This document shows positions 25,705-37,060 of a stretch of 64,000 nt of DNA, one piece after another. Position 1 is the stretch's first letter; the number at the start of each line of letters is the position of its first letter. This stretch comes from Lama glama (Eukaryota), in contig CM052817.1 of assembly GCA_028534125.1 (NCBI GenBank), positions 10,418,001-10,482,000 of the forward strand. The letters run 5' to 3'. The translations under genes and the position numbers were made by a program. A model generated the notes under the pieces. That model saw nothing but the letters and a program-made list of their open reading frames with translations. It was not told the origin of the DNA and searched no databases.

Positions 25705-26160
25705 TTTAATCTGTTTATTAAATACCTGCTCTGGGCCTGACGTTGTTCTAGGTCCTGCGGATAAATAGCAGACACGTGGGAAGACAGAGAATACAGCTGG
25801 TGGTGGAGGAAGGCAGCTAGTCTAGACGGGTGGGTCTGGAAGGCTGTGGTACAGAGGTGCTGATGGAGCTGAGTCCCGACTGAACAGGAGGAACTGGAAG
25901 TGGTCCAAGCCCAGGGACCAGCGAGCTCAAAGGCCCTAAGACAGGAATGAGTTGGAATTGAATGAGCTTCGTGTGTCCCAGTATCAGAAAGAAGGCAGGA
26001 GCCCCAGAGAGGGGAGTGAGATGAGCTCAGAGAAGGAGTCAGGGCCAGATTATGTGAACCTTCTAGGCCATGGCCAAGGGCTAGCACTTCATCCTTAGGG
26101 CAATGAAATAGCACTGGAAGGCGTTAGCCAATGATGTGATCAGATGGATTTACTCTGTTT
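25705..26160 (-). mobile_element. L2 3' region
   Basis: tttattaaatacctgctctgggcctgacgttgttctaggtcctg...agggccagattatgtgaaccttctaggccatggccaagg...tgtgatcagat. Confidence 0.7.
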
Positions 26161-27059
26161 TTAAATGTATTATGATCTGATGAAAAGTCCTGTTTTTAAA
26201 TGTATCATCCATCTGTCAACATGGTCCCCAAATTTTGGATCCTCCCAGAAACCTAATAGGCATTTTTCTTCCATTAAAAAAGAAAATGTCTTAACTAAGA
26301 CTTCAGCCACACCATCTTGCATAGGTGCTGGAGAAACAATGGTGAATATGATTAATCCCTTCCTGCTCTTAGGGAGCTTCCAATCAAGCAATTCTTAGAG
26401 CTATTAATTATTTAATTAAGGACAAACAGGGTGCTTGTCATGGGTCTCTCTTGTTCTCCACTGTTTATCCATGGCCTGGCACACAATTGGGTCCCAATAT
26501 GTACTTGCTGAATGAGTCGTTGCAGTCTGTGAATGGCTTTACAGGTTCCAAGCTGCAAGAACTTACATGGAAGCCTTGCCTCATTTCTCATTTAATTCAA
26601 CCAGTGCTTTGGTGTAATCAGATACTTTTGGATCCTGAATTTTCCAGTTATACCACAGGGTGTTTCTCTCACTTGTGTGCCTTTCATGATGGGTGAAATT
26701 TCTTTATCCCTTTGTCCAAAGTATTGATAATATGGTACGGGTGAGGTCCACAGCCATGGCTGGACCTCTTACCGTAACTGAATGCCCTTTGAGTGTGAAA
26801 TTGAAATCCTTGAATCCTTGACTCCAGAATAAGTCCATGCTCTAGTTACTGATATCTTGTGGCCACAATGCAGGGTCAGTGGGGAAAGAGTGAGATGTAG
26901 GGAAGACCTAAGCTGAAGGATGAATAGACATGAGTCAGGCACAGGGGACCGGGGGGAGTAGTCCTGGCTAAGGAAACCGCATGTGTTGAGGAGCAAGTGC
27001 ACTTCCCATGATTTGTGCTGCTGCCATCACCAGATCTTAGCTATTTGTACCTTGCCTGG

Positions 27060-28000
27060 ATGAACTAACTACTCTGTTATATAATGTTCCCTCACTCTTT
27101 CCTTGTGGCAGTACAATGTTCTTTTAGTTATCCAGACTTTATAAAGTTTACTTTATAATGTAAGGTAGACTTACTTCTGCCCTTTGTATTATTTTTTATT
27201 TCAACATATTCATAATTACTCTGTTTATTCCTCAAGATGAACCTTAAGATAATTCTGTCAAGTCCCATCCCACCCAAAGAAAAATTGGAAAGAGTTTGAT
27301 TTAAATTAAATTAAATTTGCTAAGAAAGAGTCAACATATTTGAAATACTCAATCTTCCTGTACAAGCACCAGTAAAATCTTTGTCCATTTGTTTAAATCT
27401 TTATTTCTACCTCAAAATAATTCTGTAGTTTTCTAACTGTAAATAACTAACAGTTCTTGTTAATATAATTCTTGAATATTTCAGTTATGCTGAATAGTTA
27501 GTTAATGTAATTTTTTCATGACAGTTCTATTTGGAACATGGACACTTACTTGAATGCTCTCACTATTTTAATAGTTTTTTGAAAGGTTGTTTTGAGTTCT
27601 CTAGGTGAAGTCCCTTCCTTCTTTCCAATATGTTTATATCTATTTTATTACAATAGTTAGAATGGCCTTTCTAGAAAACGAAGTGTTAAATCATGAGGGA
27701 AATAGTAGGCTTTCTTCCTCCTCCCTAATTTTTTGGGGGAATTGCCTCAAGGATTAAGAGAAGTACTATATGCTGGTTTGAGATCAGATCATGTTACCTA
27801 TTATGGGAAGAAAAAAACATTCTTCTAATTCTTGGTTTTATGATTTTTTTTCCTTTTTAATCATTATGGATGTTTAATTTGATCATGTCTTCTCATTTAC
27901 TATTGAACTGTTTGTCTAATTTCCTTTAGAAAGCTATCTATTAATGAATTTTCAATTATTGAATAATTTTTGTACTCAGAATAAACTTTACTCTATCATG
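27060..28000 (-). mobile_element. ancient, heavily decayed L1M ORF2 fragment
   Basis: T-rich with antisense L1 ORF2 remnants (gagtcaacatatttgaaatactcaatcttcctgtacaagcac...tccatttgtttaaatctt; attatggatgtttaatttg; ttgaataatttttgtactcagaataaac). Confidence 0.6.
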
Positions 28001-28582
28001 CACATATATTTTTAATAAATTTTATTTATTAAAGAGGCAGAGAAGACCTCAAGTTTAGTCTGGTGATTCCCAGTGGCATTTTCTATTCCCAATGGAGTTC
28101 TGAAAATCTTAAAATATATCCCTGGCTAGTTCCATATTTCAAAATGCCATTAAAAAAAGAATATGTTTGGCATGTTTCTCTGATTCAAGTAGGAATAAAC
28201 TCAACTCATGGTGAAACTGATTAGCTCTTGATTAGTGATTATGAATAACACTTAACATATGTGAGAAACATATAATACAAAATACTAACAATTATTTAAT
28301 AAATGTAATGAGGTTATCCATGATTATATTCCACGCCCTAATTCTACAACAGAAGAATCTGATGACCAAGAGAAGAAAACTGCATTGCTACTTTGAGCCA
28401 GGCTGAGACAGAGTAGAATGAATAATAAATAAAATTTTTCTTATAAATTCTTTCATAAATAAAATTTATTAAAAATATATGTGTTTTAATCAATCAACCT
28501 TCATTTATTCCTATGCCTGAATTTAATTGTTATTAATTTTTTAACTGCATAAGACATACACATGTGAAAAATTAATACAGTA

Positions 28583-29046
28583 TGTTGCAGAGACTCACTA
28601 ACTGTTCACCAGATCTGATTTCTTTTTCTAGGCACAGAGTAGTCCTCACTTCCTACACTACCTTTTGGTTGGGTGCCACATTGTGATCCAGTTGTAACCA
28701 ACATCCAAGGGATGCTTCCATTGTTCTCATGTTTTCAACCAAGTAGACATCGAGAAGGAACATTCAGCTTTCAGACATGATGAGTAAAATCGTTCAATGT
28801 GTAACTGGCAAGCTCTTCCCCACCTTGGTGAGCCAGATGTTGAAGACTTGAGACGGGATTCCATGGTCCCCCACCCGCCGTGGATGGAGTAGCCAGGACA
28901 TGGGAGGAGCCTGGATACCACAAGGAGATCTGTCACATATCCGGAAAACCTACTTGGACCTTGGAACAAAAAATATCTTTCTATTGTGTTCAAGCCACTG
29001 AAATATCATGGTTTATTTGTTTAAGTAGCTAGGGTTAAATAATGCA
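28583..29046 (+). mobile_element. MaLR solo LTR (old MLT1 subfamily)
   Basis: 3' end aaaaatatctttctattgtgttcaagccactgaaatatcatggtttatttgtt...agtagctag typical of MLT1H-K. Confidence 0.65.
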
Positions 29047-29049
29047 ATA

Positions 29050-29610
29050 CCTAAGAAGTCTAAATTTCCTTGACCATCCTGTACCCACCAATGTCAGTGC
29101 CTTCACCTCTCCTTAAGTCACCTTTGTTATCAGTATGCTATCTGGCCTTCTAATTTTTTTAATTATACATTTATCTTCATGTATATGTCCCCAGAGAAAA
29201 CACACATCATTTTGTGTGAGTGCTTTTTGTTTTGTTCTGTTTGTTTTACCTAAAATTTACTACAATAAATGTATCTATAGGGAACTCTTTTTTTTCACTC
29301 GTAGTACATTTTTGAGTTCTAAGGCTAATTCATTGATTTTAATCATTGTACTGTATTCCAGAGTCCAGCTGTTTCACACATTACTTAGACATTCCCTTGT
29401 TGACGGACATAGACATTGTTTTTCAACTTTTTCCAAAAGGATTATCACTGAAAAGGGAAAAAAATATTTTGTTTAACTAAGTACCAGTAATCATTCTAAT
29501 TGTTGTGACCAATTTACTCCCCCACCAGCCCTGATAGTACGTGTTTTACCCACAACATCACCAGCACTGAATATTGTTAATTTTTACTTTTTTTTTTTTT
29601 TTTGCCATTT
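29050..29610 (-). mobile_element. old L1ME-like 3' fragment
   Basis: ttcattgattttaatcattgtactgtattcca...cattcccttgttgacggacatagacattgttt...accaatttactcccccaccagc. Confidence 0.6.
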
Positions 29611-30589
29611 AGCTCACAAATGTCCCTTACAAAGTGGCAGCCCTGGAGTACTCAAAGTTTTACCTGCACATAGATGATGAAATTAAGTGATTTATTCCAG
29701 ACTTCCAGCTCATGGGGTTATTGCTCTATAATGAATCACCCACATCTGACATTTTCAGATGGTTTGCCATTTTCTGGAATTTTATTTTACCCCAAACCCC
29801 TTCACTTGACTAAAGAGAGGGAGTTGGGAGAAAACCAAAACTACTCCAGACTAGAGAAATGAAAAATTGATTGATTTTTGAAAGGTACCAAACACTAAGA
29901 ATTCTTATGAAATTATTTTAATATGATTTATCGGGTCTTCTCAAACTCAAACCCATGGGGACACTACAAGTCATCCAACTTTGTGTTTTAATACCAGCAC
30001 AATTCAGCTGGGTTAGAGAAACGTTGCCAAAGTAACAGACATATGTGGGTGATTTCAAACTTAATCGAAACCAGAACTCAGCAAACTTCAGTAATGCCAA
30101 GAGTGGCGAAAGAGATGATTTCTTCTCTCTGTTGAGAGAGGCAGACATGGGTAAAACTGGGCTCCCCCCAGGCTGGATATTATACAAGACGACCCCTTTG
30201 AGGTGTTAAGTGGTCACTGAAATAGAAGCTAATAAAACATGACCCTTTAAAGTGGGTTTTGAAGTCACAGGAAAGGTTTGCAGAATTAAAATAATAAACT
30301 GGCTGTCCACTCCCCATCCTTCTCCCAACTCCATTTTGACCTCACCCTCTCTCTTAGTGCTTCCATGCATGGCACACCTCAAAACTCTTGCTAATGCAGC
30401 ATCCTCTGCCTGGGGTGTCCCAGTTACCCCTCTTCTGTTCCATCCCAAGTCTTAGGCAGCCTCAAATCTCAACACCGTGTCCAAACTACAGCACCATGTC
30501 CTCTGTAGAAGCGTCCCTCCTTTCCTTCGAGTTTTCCACTTTGCTCCTCTGTACCCTGAAAGTAATTTTAAACTTGGCTGCTGCAGTGA

Positions 30590-30785
30590 AAGTTCTGGAT
30601 TCACTAACTCACTTTGTGCCTTTGAACAAATGTTTTTGCTCTTTACACCCTAGTTTCTTCATCTGTCAAATGGGAATAGAATAGTCATTAATTCAGGGAG
30701 CAGTTACAAATATCACTGAGATCTTGCATGGAAAGAGCTTAGCACAGAGCCTGACTCTGATAAGCATTTAATGCATGTCATTACT
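30590..30785 (+). mobile_element. MIR
   Basis: tgtgcctttgaacaa...ccctagtttcttcatctgtcaaatgggaatagaatag...catggaaagagcttagcacagagcctgac. Confidence 0.75.
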
Positions 30786-31347
30786 CCTATAACACTCTGT
30801 ATGCACAGACTATGTGCCTGACCCTGCAGGACTGGAATTGTCCATTTTATTGTCTTTCCTTCAGTGATTGTGGATCCCTGAAGGCAGGAAATGTTTCTCC
30901 ATCATCTCAGTATCATAGTACATTCATGATGTAAATGACTACTTAAGAGACGTTTGGCAAGTGGATGAGGGTGGACTTGGCACATCTGTTTAGACAGGCT
31001 GCCAAACCCAGACTGGTTATGCATACATGCAGGTTTCTAATGCAGAGGTAAAGCCACTTTCAGAGCTGAGGGCTGGAAAACCAAAACCATAAGAAGAAGA
31101 AGAAGAAAATAAGGATTTAGGGTCCCATATCTGGAATTTTCATATCTGAATAGTCTAGTCCAGATAATTAAGGATTGGAGACAAATCATTTTGAAAGATT
31201 CATCTCGGGATGAAAGTTAATTTTGAGTTTTACAAGTGAAAAAGCATCCCACGTGAGACTACTTAGTCTGAGGGGCTTGTCCCTTACTGTATCTGTGTGC
31301 CTGGTTCTTAAATGTCCAAACTCCACAAACAAAAGCAAACTCCTTTG

Positions 31348-31420
31348 AAAAAAAGAAAAAGGAAAGGAAGGAAGGAAGAAAGAGAAAGAGAGAAAGAAAG
31401 AAACTGAGAAGGAAAGAAAA
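31348..31420. repeat. purine-rich (GAAA/GGAA) low-complexity tract
   Basis: gaaaaaagaaaaaggaaaggaaggaaggaagaaagagaaagagagaaagaaagaaa. Confidence 0.85.
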
Positions 31421-32209
31421 ACGCCATTTGCAAGCCAAGTCAGCATTCCAGGGCATTTTACAGGGAAGTAAAAATGCTGGGAAATGAGAAGCAATAAAGG
31501 AGGGTCAGCCTCACATTCCACAGAAGCCCACGGGGGGCTATGCTTCTGACCCTTAGATTGCGTCTACCAGGAAAGGAGCAGCAGTTCTGACAGTGAATTA
31601 AATGTTGCATAGGCTTTCTGGAAGCAGGGCTTAACAGCCAGCTGCACCCACCCAAGTCTGGTAAAACCACGTGGGCACCAGCTGTTGGAGTCTGACATGC
31701 TGTGTGAGGATTTTCAGGAAAACTTGAGGACTTTGGCAAAAGAAGGCAGCTTCTGGGCATTCTGTGGGTTCTGGAAGGGGTCTGGTTGCCTGAGCCTTGG
31801 TACCTGGTTCCCAGAATTTGCTAGGACCCCAGCTAACATCCCTCAACAGTTAAAGAATCCCTGTCACTCTCCACCAGTATCCAACAGCCTCTTCCTTGAA
31901 GCCGCCTGTCTCCTTTCAGTGAGGGGACTGTGGCTCCATCCCTCACAATGAAATTACACTTCTGGCCTCTGTCTGCTGCTCTCCACTGCCTCCAGGGAGA
32001 GAGGGGCCATCTTGTTGGGAGATGAGGGTGCCAGACGACTCCTGGACCCCAGGAACTGGAGCAGGGCCACTGCATCCTGACCGGCACGGCTCTGGCCTCT
32101 CTCCGACTGCCCTCCTTCTCCTCTGCCCCTATTAAAAATTGACAAAAAGGCCCACGGACCCTCCCAGGCCTCAAGAGCCCTGACTTCTTCCCAGGAGTGG
32201 ACCTGGGGC

Positions 32210-32370
32210 CACCCGGCCTGGACTTGAATCCCAGCTCTGCCACTGTGTGACTCTGGGCAAGTTACTTAATCACTCTGACTTCAGGTGTCTCATCTGTCAA
32301 ATGAGGGTGAGAACAAGGCCGGTCTCATGTGGGTGTTGTCCTGAGCACATAAAATCAACCACGGAATGCT
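32210..32370 (+). mobile_element. MIR
   Basis: ttgaatcccagctctgccactgtgtgactctgggcaagttacttaatcactctgacttcaggtgtctcatctgtcaaatgagg. Confidence 0.85.
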
Positions 32371-32439
32371 CTCCCCTCTGGCTAGTAATTAGGCTATTAA
32401 TTATTAATCAGACCCTAATTAATTTTTCTTCATAACATC

Positions 32440-32592
32440 AATCACTACTTATATTTGTATATTAGCGGCTTCTTCACTAGAATACAAGCTCTAAGAAGGG
32501 AGGGTCTGTGTCTGTTTGCTCCTGGCTGTACTGTCAGCACTGAGAGCAACGTGGAACGCAGGGTAGGCACTTAATGAATATGTATTGAATGG
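32440..32592 (+). mobile_element. L2 3' end
   Basis: cactagaatacaagctctaagaagggagggtctgtgtctgtttgctc...gtaggcacttaatgaatatgtattgaatg. Confidence 0.8.
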
Positions 32593-34129
32593 CTGCACTT
32601 TGTGCACATTCAGACCTCAGTAGTAGTTGTTTTATTAATCATTATTATCAGTGGTAACTTGCCACATGGATCAAATTACGTGGAACATACTTGAGTTTTG
32701 GCTATGTGCTCAACAGAGTGAATAAAAGCTAGAAAGGGAGAAAAAAAAGGAAGGAGGATGGAAGACGAACGGAAAGAAGGAGAGAACAGATATGCTCCCA
32801 GACAGAGGCACGGGAGGAGAACTAGCTTGTGTGTGGGAGGCAGCGAAGGGGAAGCATCGTCACTGTGAGGAGTGTGGCGAGAAGGGACGGCGCCACCCAA
32901 ACCCTTGGCCAAGCACCCCTGTGAGTGCAGCTTGTGGGTCAGGGAGACAAGACGTCGGGAGAGCTCACGTTTGGTGGGAGTTACTCAGGGCTGCACTGGG
33001 GCTGCGTGACGGCTGCGTCTGGGATCTGGAAGCATCTCCTGAGCCAGAGGTGGTTGGTATCTTTTGCTATTTCCCAGGTTGGGAATCAGGGATGCAGCAA
33101 AAAGTTCCCGGCCCTTCCTGTAAAGTGAGCTGGTGCTGCTCTTGGTCCCCTCTCTCACTCACTGGGTGCTTAGAGGAGAATCAGCCTGGGAATACCCGAG
33201 AGACAGGGGCTGTGAATTCAGACAGCACAGGGCCAAACCCACACCTGCCCCTACAAGGAGCCGTGGTTTAGGACAGTTAACGGGTATGAATCTACTTGTG
33301 CTTTTTCTCTGTAGATGTCCCCCGTCCTCCCCATGTCAATGCACAGTTGTCATGTACCTAGGTGGCTGGTCATAAGCCAGTTACACGGGGAAAAATGCTA
33401 CTTTCTTCCCAGATGACCTTGACGATGAACTGAAATAGAACAAGGACACTGTGTCTAGCCAAGCTCCCAGGATGCAACAGGGCTCAAGAGACCCCACCAG
33501 CTACAGCAAGTCCTCAATACCTGCTTCCCAAAGGTGAGAACAAAGGCTGAATTACAGACATCACATCAAGGATCATACAGATCTTCCACCATTTACATGA
33601 AAAACAAAATGATTCTAAGAGTTTTCCCAAAGGAACTTGCAAGATGACAGCTTTCGAGGAGGAGAGGGCTCAGTGGCTCTCCCCATGCCCTGCTTTCTCT
33701 CTTTCCAGCAAAAGTGGGGCTAATTTCCTCCACTAGTCTGCTTCCCAAGTTGTCCAAGATTCCAGATTAAAAAGAGCAGGGCATGGTAATCTGGGTACAT
33801 TTCTCTTGCCTGTCTGTCATTATTTTCTTAAATCTTTGGAAACTCTGTGTATTCTTTTTTTTTTTTTAATTCTTTTTGTAGTTTACATTTGAATGATGGC
33901 TAATATGTAAATGGCTACTTTAATAACATCTCTACAAAATTGATCCTCCCTCCATCTCTCTTTCCCTCCCTCCCTTCCTCCCTCTCTGTTTTTCCTTTCC
34001 TCCCAAAGCTTTTATTATCAGAATTCCCCACCCCCATAGAGGGAGCATTTTAGCAGCATGGGTTTATGGCTACCGTAAAGCAGGAAGTTTGAAAGGCAAA
34101 GCCAGAGACGTGATCCCCAGTTTAATAAC

Positions 34130-34629
34130 NNNNNNNNNNNNNNNNNNNNNNNNNNNNNNNNNNNNNNNNNNNNNNNNNNNNNNNNNNNNNNNNNNNNNNN
34201 NNNNNNNNNNNNNNNNNNNNNNNNNNNNNNNNNNNNNNNNNNNNNNNNNNNNNNNNNNNNNNNNNNNNNNNNNNNNNNNNNNNNNNNNNNNNNNNNNNNN
34301 NNNNNNNNNNNNNNNNNNNNNNNNNNNNNNNNNNNNNNNNNNNNNNNNNNNNNNNNNNNNNNNNNNNNNNNNNNNNNNNNNNNNNNNNNNNNNNNNNNNN
34401 NNNNNNNNNNNNNNNNNNNNNNNNNNNNNNNNNNNNNNNNNNNNNNNNNNNNNNNNNNNNNNNNNNNNNNNNNNNNNNNNNNNNNNNNNNNNNNNNNNNN
34501 NNNNNNNNNNNNNNNNNNNNNNNNNNNNNNNNNNNNNNNNNNNNNNNNNNNNNNNNNNNNNNNNNNNNNNNNNNNNNNNNNNNNNNNNNNNNNNNNNNNN
34601 NNNNNNNNNNNNNNNNNNNNNNNNNNNNN
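34130..34629. other. assembly gap (500 N)
   Basis: Run of exactly 500 N; right edge abuts a (CCAT)n repeat. Confidence 1.
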
Positions 34630-34762
34630 ACCCACCCATCCATCCATCCATGTATCCACTAATTATTTGTTGAACATCTACTCTGTGCCACTCTACCTTA
34701 TATATTTTTGTAGCACCCCAAACTTCTCCTTTATAGTACTTATCTCAATTGGAATGTACTAC

Positions 34763-35286
34763 TGTGAATGAAAAATATTGCCTGCCATATCAATAAACAA
34801 AGGACACTGTGGTCTGTGGTCATCAAGTCATCAGCCACTACCGCCCCTGATGGTGAGGGGGGAACTCAGGATGGAGACAAGCAGGCTGCCCCCTGCCAAG
34901 CCCTCAGCCGCTGCAGCCGCCCCCAGCGGGGCCCTCTGAGGAGACTCAGGATAGGAAACACAGGATACTGGCTCCAGAGAGCTAGGTGCACGTCAAAGGC
35001 ATGACTGCAGTGAGCCCAGACTTTCGCATCTTCTCATACATAGAAAAGCACTGAATTCCTTATCTTGAGATGTCTGGTTTTCTTTAATTAACAGTCATTT
35101 TTTGATGTTCCAACTACTTGGTCTTTGTTGCAAAAACTCCTATGTATCCAAGATCCTCCCCTCTCTCTTCAAAGCAGTCTTTTAGAGCGATCAGAGAGAC
35201 CACCTCCCAGGCTTGAAGTCTTCAGAAAGTCCACTGAATAAAACATACCTCCCAACTTCTATGTTGTGCATTTTTTTCAGTTGACA
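34763..35286 (+). mobile_element. ERV1-class solo LTR, 524 bp, TG...CA with 4-bp TSD, inserted into an L2
   Basis: Starts TGTGAATGAAAAA, ends TTTTTCAGTTGACA; CTAC at 34759-34762 and 35287-35290; AATAAA at 35237-35242. A 4-bp TSD is typical of class I ERVs. Confidence 0.85.
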
Positions 35287-36829
35287 CTACTTACTAGTAA
35301 AATCACCTGTTTAGTGTCTTATTATCCCTTTTTTTCTGTAAGGAACACGAGGGCAAGTAGTCTATCTTGTGGGTCTGCCAAAAAAAATGCAGAATAAACA
35401 AATAGATGAAATAATAGACTCATGAAGAAAGAGACAGATAAGAAGAGAACAGTAACGGGGCCAGGTAAGTGGAGTAACAGAGACTCTTTACATGGTTAAC
35501 GGATTACAAAGAGTGGGGCCAGGAAGGGGGTGGAGTTGCCTAAATTTGAAATCTCTTTAACAAAGAAAAGTAAACAGCAGCAAAAAACCAATTACTAAGA
35601 GTAACTATAGAGTGAAGGCACGTGACGTAATGTCATGAAATTTAAGAACTGGCGGCCAGGGAAAGAAACACACCCTTCTGAAGTGGAACAGAGAGTTGAA
35701 ACATAGCATGACCGCCAAGGCTGGGCTCAGCCCCAGACATCAAATTGTCTCAGAAAAGAGGTTGCTTAGAAAAAAGAGAGTCTCAGATAGTCCAGGAGAG
35801 AGCAAAGGGGTCATCCTTCCCATATCAGGACACCTGGAAAGTCTGAGCCTCCTGACAAGATTAATATGACAATGAACTACATGGTAACCATGGGGATATA
35901 ATACAGGGAAAGAATATTTTAAAACGGAAAGAAGAAAAGGGAACATAGAAGATAAAAGACAGCACAAAAACCTACTTCTAAGAAAAAATAAACAAAAAAG
36001 AGAGACTGTCCCATAAAAGCTTCGTGATATAGAACAACTTGATAAGAACATGAATTCAGTAAACTGAAAGCTCAGAAACGAGGAAAAAATATAAGAAGAG
36101 GAAATATTAAAAATTAAAAAGAAAAGGAAAATTTAACAAAACACATTAAAGAATAAAGTAACATTTTCGCCAAACTAACAATCGTCCATTGAGGCTTCTT
36201 TTCGGTGAACCCGGAATCAGGGGCCGTTTTCGCCTCCATGCCAGTGGCTGCCCCACAGGTGGCCGTGACCAACCACTTGGAGGTGGTTCTTGCAAGGAAA
36301 CCCAGGGACCTTTATTCCATATTGTAATCATGGGTTTAATTATTCCCCCACCTAGAATGTGAGCCCCTGGAAAGCGGCCATTCTCTCTTGCTACTCTTCA
36401 CATGCCCTTGGATGAGTACAAACACTTAGTAGATGGTCAGTGAATAAATATTAGATAAACAGACAGCTAATTGGTATCAAGATCAGTGCAGTGTTTCATT
36501 AAGGATTAAGTTTGAATAAAATGGAAAAATTGAAGAGGGGCGGGCAGGAGAACTTTCTCTCTTTTTTTTTCTAGAAAATAAGAAGTTTCTCCTGTCTGAA
36601 TTGGAGAATCGTTAAAGAGCCTGGCAGAGCCACCAGTAAGGGGGAACCTTTCACATCCTGCACATCATACATGTGTAGTGTATTCATTCCAACAATTTTC
36701 CGGTAGATGGCAGTAAGCTGTCTTGGTCTACACAATCAGTTTATTACAACAATTTTCTAACAGATGGAGATAAAAGTATCTTGAGAGAGAGGCACTTTTT
36801 CCTAATTCCCATGGAGACTCCATATGTGC

Positions 36830-37060
36830 TAACTGCAGTGCCCAGGCGTGGATTCAGACATACCTAGGTTCAGACCCTAATTCCACTGATTACTCACTGT
36901 ACGATCTTGGAAAAGTAATAAAACTGCTTCAAGGTTCAGACTCCTTACCTACAAAATAGCTTAACTTCTTTTCTCATAGGGTAGTATCAGGGAGTCATTG
37001 AGACAATACAAGTAAAACATTTAGCATGGCTAACGGCACAAAATAAGACCTAGATGTTAT
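36830..37060 (+). mobile_element. MIR
   Basis: ggattcagacatacctaggttcagaccctaattccactgattactcactgtacgatcttggaaaagt...gtaaaacatttagcatgg. Confidence 0.7.

Noticed and set aside
32386..32425. Cluster of three TAATTA sites
   Set aside because: Lies at a MIR/L2 junction where AT-rich tails commonly produce such motifs.
32792..33271. 159-aa plus-strand ORF, the longest without Ns
   Set aside because: No recognisable domain or splice context; consistent with a chance ORF in a GC-richer stretch.
34018..34673. Long ORFs (173-213 aa) in the ORF track
   Set aside because: Artefacts of translating the 500-N gap.
35600..36180. A-rich stretch possibly from an ancient L1 ORF1/HAL1
   Set aside because: No diagnostic motif I can confirm without a search.
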